A DNA stretch of 63,911 nucleotides from Salpingoeca rosetta. Taxonomy: Eukaryota > Protista > Choanoflagellata. The DNA is taken from assembly GCA_033442325.1 (NCBI GenBank), contig JAWQFM010000027.1:935047-998957 (forward strand). Reading direction: 5' to 3'. Below are positions 46,649 to 63,911 of this stretch, one piece after another. The notes beneath the pieces are model-generated. The model was given only the letters and a program-made list of their open reading frames with translations, made no database searches and was not told the origin of the DNA. Each line of letters begins with the position of its first letter. Within the stretch, counting starts at the first letter, position 1. The translations under genes and the position numbers were made by a program.

Positions 46649-47596
46649 AGCGTGAACCAACTGTTGCTTCACCACCTGTCCACACTGCTAGCTTTGTTGC
46701 TCTTTCTATTTGTATTCCCTTCCCTTCCCTTCCCCTCCCTTCTCCACTTCCTGCTTCACCACCTGGTTTCTTCCTGCTGTCTGCGTTCTATTTGCGTGGA
46801 CGATGGGTTGTGCTTCACGCATCCAAGACAGCAGCGCACGCAACTCCAACAAGACAGAAGTGCAACGAAGTCGACAAAGAGGAGCAGGGCAAGCAACGCG
46901 AGTGAGCGAGCGAGGCAGTTTGCCTCACTTCCACCACAAGCGCACTTGCAGCCTTTGCACCTCGGCCCAAACTCCGGTGGGGTGGCGAAGAAGTCAGAGA
47001 CAACGCCACTTCGCACTTCGCGTGCTGAAAACGGTTGCAACATGCCACGTCACATGACGAAATTTTGAAGTGTCGAATGGGGACTGTGTCAACGTTGATT
47101 GTGTATAACTTCCTTTAATACTCGACACCTGACGAACGTGCGCTGGACGAAACTGACATGGACCAGGCTTAAGGTTTTGCCAGCGTGCAACGGTTTCGCA
47201 CCACCTCGCGCAGACAACCAGCCCAAAAACAAACACCCAACAAGCCCCAAACAAGCCCCCAACAGACCAAGACCAACACCCACAACAACAACAAAAGTCA
47301 AGCACAACATCTCCACGCCAGGGATACGAAGGGGGTTGGCTCGCATCACTGACCGTTGGTGCTTAGGTTGGTTTCATGTCATTCTGTCATTCTCCTCAGC
47401 AGCACACCGACAAGCACAAGGGAGCAGACGTACACTCACATCAAGCAAGAAAGGATAGGTGAGGCTTGCTGGCGAACACATAGGCTTGGAAGGAAGGTTG
47501 TTGCCTTGTTGCTCTGCGGTGACAAGGCTGCCAAGGCCAAGGTTGTTACATTACTCCATTGCACCAACGACCACCACAAACGCCAAGACCAGCGGC

Positions 47597-48472
47597 ATGT
47601 ATGGAACGCTTCACAAGGTGAAAGAACATGCTGCCTGCTTGCCTGTGTTGTGTGCGCGTGTGTGGTGGTGGGTCCATGATGTCAACATGTTGCCGTGGCC
47701 CTGCCAGCTTTCTACCTTTCAACACGTCACAAGCATCGATGACAACAGGAGAAGAGAGATAAGGGTGATCACACCGTGATCACATGCGCCACACCTTCCT
47801 CACCTTCCTCACCTTCCTCACCCTCCTCTTTGGAGCCCACCATCACGAGCACCACTCATGGCCAAGCGCACGCTCACCCAATCAATGCATTTTTTTCATC
47901 AACAGGCCCTATCTGCTTGGGTGCAGTCGCTTCCGGATGGCGACACGCTGATGAGCATGGTGCTGGCCGAGGTCAACTTTGCTGGCAGCGCAAACGACTT
48001 CTTCCGCTTCTACACGGACGAGCAAACAGCCGCCTTTCTCCGCGCCATTGCCAATGTTACCGGGCACACTGTGGAGGAGTGCAAGTACCACGCGGGCCGC
48101 TACTTCCTCGTCGGCCTGCTGGAGAGCGGCTACGGCGACGCCCTGCGTACCCTCGGCGATGACTTCTACACCATGCTTTCCAACATCGATAGCCTGCACG
48201 AATCGTTTATGGCGTCGTTCCCCAAGATGCGCGCGCCCTCCGTGCGGCCCGTCCGCAACGACGATGGCACCCTCTCCATCCACTACTACAGCAGAAACGC
48301 GGGCCTGGCCAACTTCATGCTCGGTGCGCTCGAAGCGTGCGCCCTGCAGCTCTTCGACCTCGACATCACCATTCACCACCGCGTCAAGAAGTCAGAGGGC
48401 AACAGCCACGACATCTTCTACGCATTCATGGACGAGAGGTAAGCACATGTATGTGTGTGTGTGCGCGGATAC

Positions 48473-48513
<41 letters not shown>

Positions 48514-50839
48514 TGTGTGTGTGAATGTGTGTGCGGATATTTGTGTATGTGTATGTGTATGTGCGTGTGTGTGGATACTTGTGGTGTGCGTGTCATATAC
48601 TTGTTTGCGTGCTTGTGTGCTTGCGTGCGCCTCCTCTATCTGTGCGCCTGCGCGCTTGCCCGCTTCTCTCATTTAATAGGCCGTGGAATACCGTCCTCTT
48701 ATCAACAACCATGTCTCCTTTCTACTGCCCGCATTTATCTTTGCTCACGCCACTCCCTCGATCCACCACTACTCATGCAGCGGCTATGGCAAGCAGCGCG
48801 AGGAGAGCGAGGAGGCCAAGAAGCAGTGCACCGTCGACCTGCCTGCCAGCGTCACCAACGACCTGTTCCCCTGGCACGTTGCCTTTGATCGCGACATGAA
48901 CATCGTGTCTGTTGGCAAGCACTTGGCAGGACGGTTCAAGAAGCAGCAGCTTGGCGCCAAGGCAGGCTCCGTGTTCAAGATCATCCGCCCGTCCCACGTG
49001 CGCCTCAAGTTTGACGAGCTCATGCAGGCGAAAGACGTGCCTGTGCTTCTCTCGGTGGACGCCAAGCACCTCGTCCAGCCCGACAGCAGCGACGATGCAT
49101 CCGTCAGTGACAACGCCGACACATCCGTGAGCAGCCTGTCCCAGCAGATGCCACGGCTGCAGGTGACGGAAGACAGCAGAGGCAACCAGCGACGCAGCAC
49201 GGCAGCCATGTCGGCGTGCCCCTTCTCCTCACCAGGGTCTGCCATCAACTCCACAGCATCGTCGAAGCGCTCCTCCATGGACATGATGCTGCGCGCAGCC
49301 CGCCTGGCAAGGAAGGTCGACAACATCAAGCTGCATGGGCAGGTGACCTTCCACGAGGCATCTGGCGTGCTCTTGTTCGTTGGCGTGCCGGCCCTCTACT
49401 CCCTCGAGGAGATGGAGACACAGGGCATCTCGCTGTCGGAGATGCCGCTGCACAGCCACGGACGCGAGGTGCTGTATGGATCCATGTTCCAGTCTGCCTC
49501 GGCCAAGAACACCAACGAGGTGGACAAGCGCATGGCTGAGCTCGACCGCTCCATGCTCGAGGTCCAGGAGAAGAAGGAGCAGATTGACACCCTCCTCCAC
49601 AGCATCCTCCCACCGGTATGTGTGTGTGTGCGCGTGTCTGTATGTGTGTGTGTGTGTGTCTGTATGTGTGCGTGTGTTGTGGTATTTGCTTTGTGTGCAT
49701 GTGTCTGGATGTGTGCGTGTGTGATGCTACTTGCATGTTTCTCATCATGATGTTTATTTTATGTCTTGCAACAATGCAGGTCGTCGCGAGCGCACTCGCG
49801 CGTGGAGAGATCCCACCAGCCGAACACTACAAGAACGTGAGTCACGGTGCGCCTTGTTGCGTTGTCATGGTCCACATTGCCCGCGACACGCGTTTAGTTT
49901 TGTGTATCTCACTCTTCCTGCGTTGCTATGCTCTCAGGTGACGGTGCTGTTCTGCGATATTGCGGGCTTCACCAACATCTCGTCCGAAGTCCCAGCCACA
50001 GAGGTGTGTGTGTGTGTGCGTGTGTTTGTGTGTGCGTGTGTTTGTGTGTGTGTGTGTATGGGTTCTCTTTGCTATGGGTTCTCTCTGCTTTCCTGTCATT
50101 GCCAACTTCAAGGCACGTGCAGCCAATGCCGCCACAATCTCAACCCCCAAGTCGTTTTCTCCACATCGCCCCCCTTCCTTCTCATCTGCAACAGATAATG
50201 GCAATGCTGCACCATCTGTTTGTCAAGTTTGATCACCTGGCCGACAAGCACGGCTGCTACAAGGTGGAGACGATTGGCGACGCGTACATGGTCACCGCGG
50301 GTTGTCCTGACGAGTGCGACGACCACGCTGTCCGTATTGCCCGCCTGGCGATTGAGATGGCGCGAACTGCTCAGACCGTCAAGTCGCCGCTCGATGGCGA
50401 GCCGCTTCGCATCCGCGTCGGGCTCCACTCTGGCCCACTCATGGCTGGCGTCGTTGGACGTGCACGCCCGCGCTACTGCCTGTTTGGCGACACCGTGAAT
50501 GTTGCGTCGCGCATGGAGAGCAACGGGCTGTCCGGCTGCATCCAGTGCACATACCGCTTCACGCAGGCGCTGCCACCGGACCACCAGTTTGAGATTGTGC
50601 CGCGCGGGCACATTGCCATCAAGGGCAAGGGTCACATGAAGACCTTCCTGCTGCTCGGTGCCCACGACTGTGCAGACTCGCAGCCGCTGCTGCCGACGGA
50701 GACGATGATGGAGGACATTGCACCGCACTTGCTGGAGCTGGCCGCCAAGCAGCGCCGCTCGCTCGACGACCGTATGGCCGAGATCATGACCGCATCAAAG
50801 TGCAGCCGGACACGGAGGAAGGCATCGACGTTCGTGTGA
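47597..50839 (+). CDS. Soluble guanylate cyclase (H-NOX, PAS/HNOBA, coiled coil, class III cyclase); 6 exons
   Basis: Exons 47597-47617 (MYGTLHK), 47906-48438, 48781-49615, 49780-49836, 49938-50003, 50195-50839. H-NOX LRTLG...NIDSLH...APSVR...HYYS; [12 protein letters not shown]; LLHSILPP; [38 protein letters not shown]. Confidence 0.95.
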
Positions 50840-51354
50840 TTCTTGTGGCGTTGGGGTGTATGTGTGTGTGGGGGGGGGAAGTGCGAGAGAGAGTGTGTGT
50901 GTGTGTGTGCGTGTGAGAGAGAGAGAGAGAGAGAAAGAGAAAGAAAGAGAGAGAGTGTGTGTGTGTGCGTGTGTGTGATGATGGGTGTAAAGCGGCCGTA
51001 AGCTACTGGTTGTGGGTGGGTAAAGTGTGCACCATATGCGTGAAGGTGAGGTAGGATGCATTATGTCATATTTCGTCTTGGTGAGTTTCATTACATAGCG
51101 GAAGAGCAACATAACTCATTGCGTGGACGTGCTGTCTTGCTTCTTCATCAAACACGAATCAATGGTGGTGAGCGCTTGCGTGGAACAAAAATAACCCCAC
51201 AACGAAGTGCAGACAGCGTTGCGGAGCGGCAATAAAGAGGCGAGCATTCAACCCGCTTGGCTACGAAGGCCATGTAAGCTTAAGGTTTGTGATGCTCTTG
51301 TAGTGATAAGGGACTCTTGTTGTGGCACTCCGCAACAAACAGTCAAACCCAGTG

Positions 51355-51539
51355 CTAAGCAAAGTGGTGGTCCTTGAGTTCTCCAAACGACGGGCGCTCA
51401 CGCGGGTCTTGCGCCATACACTTGAACGTCAGTGACTGGAACCACTCGGGGATGGCTGTAGGGTAGGTGTGTGTGTGTGTGAGTGGGGAGAAACGATGCG
51501 TCAGCAACCAACCCAGGCACATCACACACACACACACAC

Positions 51540-51575
<36 letters not shown>

Positions 51576-52836
51576 CAACACACACACACACACACACACC
51601 TGCACACACACACACACACATGCACACATGCACACAACTCACCATCTTGTTCACCATCCTCGAACCGAAGCCGCTTCCCATCTGCCATTAAGTTGCTGAT
51701 GGTGGCGAGGATCGGGCCCCGATACCCGCTCCCCTTCTCCTGCTCAATCAAGTCCGGCACACGCTGGGTCGTGACCTCCCACATCAGCACCCCAAAGCTG
51801 AAGATGTCGGCTTCAAAGCTGTACTTGTCGCCCGTCAATGCCTCTGGTGCCATGTACAGCGGCGTGCCCACGCCAGCCGTCAGCGTCATGCTCGTCATCG
51901 TCTGCAGTCCAGCTTGCGGGCTGTATTGCGGATCATCAACATCATGGGTGGATGACAGGCGGGTGCGCTGCTTGTGCTGGCTCCTGTCACGCGTGAAGCA
52001 CTGGCGAATGGATCCGAAATCCGTGATCTTCGCGCGAAGGGACGACGAAACCAGCACGTTTCCGCTCTTCAGGTCTCTGCGGATGTGGTGTTGATGAGGG
52101 GGGTGAGGCTTGGATGGGCAATGAGCAACAAGCACGTGCCTGTATCCAAACACACAGGCACATGCATGTACACACATGCACACACACACACACACACACA
52201 AACGCACCGGTGCATCTGGTCGAGGCTGTGGATGAAGGCCATGCCACTTGCAACATCACGAAGCAGTCGCAGCTTCAAGTCCCACACACTATTCACATCA
52301 TCACCGACACCGCCGTTACTGCTTTTCTCAACATCCTTGTTCCTCACCTCCCTCAACACCTGTTCCATATCCTTCCCCAACAAGTCTTTCAGTGACCCCA
52401 GAGCAACAAACTCCAGCACCAGGAACGGGCTGCCGTTGGGATCCGTGCCCGCGCCAAAGAACCGCACCACATTCGGATGCCGTGTCCGCTGCAGAAACTC
52501 CACCTCCTTCTCAAACTCAAGCACCGTGCTCTCGTCAAATGCAATGACGGCTTGCTGCAACACCTTCACCGCCACTGTGACTGTGTCCCACTCCGCCTTG
52601 AACACCACGCCAAACGCACCCGCAGCTACGCGCTCAACCAGTCTCAGCTCATCGTACTCAATCTCCCACGCCTTCTTCAGCGCCATCACCTCTTCATCTC
52701 GTTCCACTAGCAGCTGCTCCTGCAGGCCGATGCGCTTGGTCAGGCCACGGTAGCGGCGTGACACCCACGCCATGAGCAGGCCAAGGGCAAGGCCGCCAAT
52801 CACAGAGCCAGCAGCGATGCCGGCAACATCTGGGTT
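51355..52836 (-). repeat. Right arm of ~1.5 kb inverted repeat (TM-kinase half of LRR kinase B)
   Basis: Reverse complement of 4980-6479, including intronic gcacgtgcttgttgctcattgcccatccaagcctcacccccctcatcaacacca. Confidence 0.92.
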
Positions 52837-55800
52837 GTCCACCACACACCGCCCACCCGACGTCATCTTGAAGCCGCGAACACATGTGCAGTGGAAGGAG
52901 TAGACAATCTCATTCGACACTTTGGAGTCATCAAACTCATGGCGAAGGTCTTCATTGGAGAGCTGGAGCGCACAGTCGATCGGGGTGTTCTGGAGCTGCA
53001 GCAGCGGGGGAAGCGGCCGTGACTCGATGAAGTTCAGCCCAGCGGTTCGAAGGCGCTGGTCCGACATGGCTACCTTGGCACTCACAACTTGATTGAGAAC
53101 GGCTGGACTGTCAAGCCACGGGTTGTCAGAGAGGTCAAGAACATCCACCTCATGCAGGCATGTGCCCACGGTGGTTGCTGCTTGACGCAAGTCGAAAAAG
53201 TCTGTGGCCAGGTTGCGTGCAAAGAGGACACGCCGACCCCACCTCCTGCAGAGCACGGCGTTGGTGTCCATGCGCGTGTTGCTGATGTCAAGCACGTCAA
53301 TGGACGGCGCCACGATGGTCGTCAGTCTGGAGCAGTCGGACACATTGAGCTCCCTCAGTGCACCATGAGCCATGACAGTCTGCAGCTGCGGGCTGCCCTG
53401 CAATTCAACCGTGTTGAGGTTCTGACCACTGCACAGCTCAACCCTTTCCCAGGTGAAATGAGGGAGGCGGAGTGCACGCACGTTTTGCGCCAGCATATCG
53501 CAAATCCACGACAGCGACACGGTGTCGGGATCGGCGCCGGCCCACCCAAGCCCAAGCTCCTCCAGTTCGAGGGGCGGCAGCTGCTGCAGCGCGTCCGTGA
53601 TGCCGCTGATGTCCATGTTTGTTAACGAGAGGGTGCGGAGGTCTGGGGAAGGTGACAGGTTGGCGGCCAATGCAGCCTGGCTCTGGGCGCCGAGGGCTGC
53701 GTCAAGCTCCAACACTTGGAGGGAGGGCAGGCTGAGCAGCGGGGTGAGGTCCAGGCGTTTGATGCGGTGACCCTGCATGCGTAGCTCCTGCAAGGCCGGC
53801 GTCATCTTCGTGTTGGGGACGTGCTGCAGTGGATTTTGACTGACGACGAGCTGGGTCAGGGCAGCGAGCGAGTGCTGAAGTTGCAGTTGGGTGAGGTGGT
53901 TCGCAGACAAGTCGAGGGTCTGCAGGTGGTCCAACGACGACGCGACAAGCAGGTCGTTGACAGAGCCGAGGGCGTTGTTTGCGAGGTTGACGTTGGTGAC
54001 GCTGGGGTTGTTCGCAAACAGCGTTGAAGGCACCGAGGTCAAGCGATTGTCACTGCACGTGAACATTCGCAAGTTTGCACAAGCACGCAGGAGGCCGTCG
54101 GGCAGGGACTTGATGTCGTTGCGCTCTATCGATAGCACGATGAGAGATGGCTGATTCGGGAGAAGCGTGGGGTCGAGGGACGTGAGACGGTTACCAAACA
54201 GCCACAAGGTCACCAGAGATGACAGCTGTGCGAAGACGGTGCTCGGCAGCGTGGACAGGAAGCTGTCGGCAAGCGTGAGGTGCGTCATGCGGGTGGTGTT
54301 GGCAAAGATGGTCGAAGGCAAGGTGGACAGCAGCGTGTCCTGAATCACGAGATCAGCCAAGTTTGTGAGCGTGGCGAAGACGTCTGCGTCCAGGTGCACA
54401 ATCGGGTTCTGCGGCATCCTCAGCTTGGACAGCGCAGTCTGGTGGCGGAACAAGCGGGGAGGAAACGCGGTGATGTCGTTTTGAGCAAGAACCAGCTCCT
54501 GAAGCGACGTGAGATCGTCCAGCGCGCCGGCAGCGAGCCCAGAGATGAGGTTTCCAGTCAGCAGCAGTTCTCGGAGCGAGGTCAGGCCCTGCAGGTCATG
54601 CTCGTGAACGAAGCCGAGGCGGTTTGTACGCAGGTCAAGCCGGCGCAGGGACGTCATGGCTGCGAGCCCCTTTGCCGGGATGGACGAGAGCGAGTTGTTC
54701 TGCAAGTTGAGGGTGCGCAGCTGCCCGGCGTTGGCGAAGCTGTGGACTTGGAGCGATTGAAGGGCGGGGCTGTGTCGCATGCGCAGCGTCTGCACGGAAG
54801 AAAACGTGTTGAAGTGGGTCAGATCAAAGTGTGTCACTTTGGCACGTTGCACATCCACAGTGGAGCAGGCACTCCAGTCACCGTTGCTGAGGACCCACAC
54901 AAGGGATTGCTCGTTGCTGTTGCCATTGAGCGTGAGAGTGGTGACGGTGCCCGAGATGCGCCGCAGTGTGCTTGCATCTGTGGCATCACCGATGCCTTCG
55001 TTGCCAGCGAAGGTGATGGTGAGGCGGTGGTCGCCAAAAACGTCAATCGGTCCCGGGCATGTGCCATCAATGATGCTGGCGAGCGTGCAGAAGCCTGCTC
55101 GCACCGTCGAGTCTTCGCGGCGAGCCCGGCTCAGCTGTTGCGGGCCGTGGTGGATTGCAGGTGACGATGGTGTGGCATCTTCAGTGGTGGTGTTCACGTG
55201 CACCTGTTGTGATGGTTGGCTGGGAGATGGCATAATTGCAGCTGGTGATTGTGAGGCACGCGTGCAGCCAAACGCGGTCATCATGCGCTGGATGGATGAG
55301 AGGTTGATTGAAACAGTTGAAGGATCATCCATCGTGGTTGTGTTTGTGCGGTTGAACGCGCTGTGCGCTGCTGAGGTTGCCGAGGTTGCCGAGGTTGCTG
55401 AGGTGGATGGCACGAACGGAATGCCGTGCAGCGTCAACGTGGAGTGGAGGTGCTTGAGAGTGGTGTCCACATTGTCACACAGAAGTGCCTGTGCGGTTGC
55501 CTGTGGCTGTTGTTGCAGTTCGAATGTACGTGTGTACGTATATGTGTGTGTGTGTGCGTGTGCATGCATGTGTGTGTATGTGCATGCATGTGTATGTGTG
55601 TGCATATGCATATGTGTGTGCACGTGTGTGTGAGCTTCACTTGTGAGTTTGCACTTGTCTCTCTACATGGTCTCGACACATAAAACCAGAGACACAGTCG
55701 CCAAAGCACGGACAGAGCACAGGAGCAGAGGTTACAGTGCCCCATCCCTAGTGCATTACACGCTCGCGTCTCCCAGCCGCAACGCGTACCGCCACGTCGT

Positions 55801-55900
55801 CTGCTGAGTGTCCCAGATGTCCATCGGCATGTGCTGTTGCAAGCTGCGTTGATGCCTGTAACAACACCATGGCGACGGCAAGAACACAGCACGCTGCCAT
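51355..55900 (-). CDS. LRR receptor-like protein kinase B, paralogue of 1921-6479; 4 exons
   Basis: Exon 1 55900-55790 (signal peptide MAACCVLAVAMVLLQASTQLATAHA), exon 2 from 55500 or 55488 to 52208, exon 3 52076-51643, exon 4 51455-51355. Same architecture and intron positions as kinase A. Confidence 0.92.
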
Positions 55901-56146
55901 GGCTGCAAAGCTCACGAAGCAGATTGTTGAGCAACACTTTCACCAACGGCGTTGCGGCCGTCAGCCCGCAGGCCACTCGCACCCTTCTTGTTGGATGGGT
56001 TCAAGAACGAATGAGGGAAGGATGACCTGAATCAGAGGACGAGGTTCTCCAGCTGCCGCTTGTGCGCACTTGACGTGAATTGTAGAAAAGTGTTTGTGTT
56101 TTCAACCACTTTTCTTGCCGTTGAGCTTCGGTTTCTATTCATGGCT

Positions 56147-56227
<81 letters not shown>

Positions 56228-56302
56228 GCACACGCACACACACATGCACGCACACATCAAGGATGGCAGAGCCACCATGCATCAATCATCGTTCAGTCAT
56301 CA

Positions 56303-62905
<6,603 letters not shown>

Positions 62906-63169
62906 GTTTCTCACGTGGAGCGCAAAGGACAAAAAGAAAAGGCCGCACACTTGAAGTAAGGGCAAGGATCACCACACCTCCAACACACACATCCACACAC
63001 ACGAACAGCTACGTTGATGTTTCCCTCTCTTCTCCTATCTCTCCAACCAGCCAACAACGCCAACGTTGCGGGTGATGAAAATGCCTTGAAAATGTGGCCA
63101 ATTTTCGGCAAGCGCTGCTGTCAAGAGAGGGAGGACAAGCAAGACAACACTGCACCAATACTGCCGATC
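62906..63169. promoter_or_regulatory. Probable bidirectional promoter, auxilin / ACOT13
   Basis: 264 bp between divergent start codons; inferred from position only. Confidence 0.55.
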
Positions 63170-63495
63170 ATGACCTCGTTTATCCAACGGGTGGCCAAGC
63201 TTGGTGCCAACGCATTGCTCGGAGGTACTGTGCAGTTATGTGTGCTTGTGTGCTTTTGTGTGTGCGTGTGTGTTTTATGTAGCTTGATTTGTTTGACGTG
63301 AGTTGTGGTGTACAAATCGCCCTTCTGCACTCACGGACACACACACACACACATCGCGCCAGTGTTTACGAGCAGTGGCGGATTTGATGGCGCATTCAAA
63401 GGTCAGAGACGCTGCATTCACTGCTTATGTTTGTCTTGGCCAGCACTAGCGCTGTGTGGTTGTATGTCTTCTTGCCTTGCACTGGAAAACACACA

Positions 63496-63577
<82 letters not shown>

Positions 63578-63722
63578 TTGACTCGTGTTGGGCAGAGCTG
63601 CGAGTGGTGGCCATCAAGGCCGGGTCGGTGACTGCGACGCTTCCAGTCACAAAGCCACTGTGTAACTCCTACGGCACACTGCACGGCGGTGCAGCAGCCA
63701 CCCTCGTCGACATCGTGGGCAC
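63170..63722 (+). CDS. ACOT13: Acyl-CoA thioesterase 13 / THEM2 (PaaI hotdog fold), 5' part only; gene continues beyond the window
   Basis: Exons ~63170-63224, ~63363-63401, ~63596-63722 give ...GGFDGAFKELRVVAIKAGSVTATLPVTKPLCNSYGTLHGGAAATLVDIVG, containing the N..G.LHGG..ATLVD signature. Confidence 0.85.
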
Positions 63723-63850
63723 GTGAGTGAGCGCGAGCGTGCGTGCATGTGTACGTGCGTGTATGTGATGCATTCACTGCTCATGTGCGCTATGAGCATT
63801 TCCTACCTCACATCCATATACACAACAACAACGACGACAACAACAACAAC

Positions 63851-63911
<61 letters not shown>

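Noticed and set aside
46649-47596. Small ORFs between RalGPS and sGC
   Set aside because: No recognisable domains; better explained as UTRs, promoter and a probable sGC 5'-UTR intron (donor about 47459).

Overview
Compact, intron-rich eukaryotic genomic DNA whose introns are packed with (GT)n/(CA)n microsatellites. Gene content and style point to a choanoflagellate, most likely Salpingoeca rosetta (inference). I stitched exons by hand using GT-AG boundaries and reading phase and find 14 genes: a CREC-type EF-hand ER protein (HKEL); LRR receptor kinase A (+); KCTD9 with a large N-terminal extension (-); XPG/ERCC5 (+); major vault protein (-); a TIR/HET-like + TPR + PH protein (-); a CCDC28-like protein (-); an intronless divergent eIF2D (-); cyclophilin (+); RalGPS (+, spanning a 375-N gap); an H-NOX soluble guanylate cyclase (+); LRR receptor kinase B (-); a kinase-less auxilin (-); and the 5' part of ACOT13/THEM2 (+). 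Most notable: (1) a cryptic TIR-like domain with an intact catalytic-Glu motif fused to 42-aa TPRs and a PH domain, directly upstream of MVP; (2) two inverted LRR kinases about 45 kb apart with near-identical kinase halves (introns included), diverged ectodomains and a shared furin-type prodomain; (3) XPG extended by two HMG boxes and an uncharacterised C-terminal domain; (4) a consistent 5'-(GU)n / 3'-(CA)n polarity in introns. No prokaryotic system, CRISPR array, RNA gene or transposon could be supported. Family assignments come from motif recognition and memory, not database searches.
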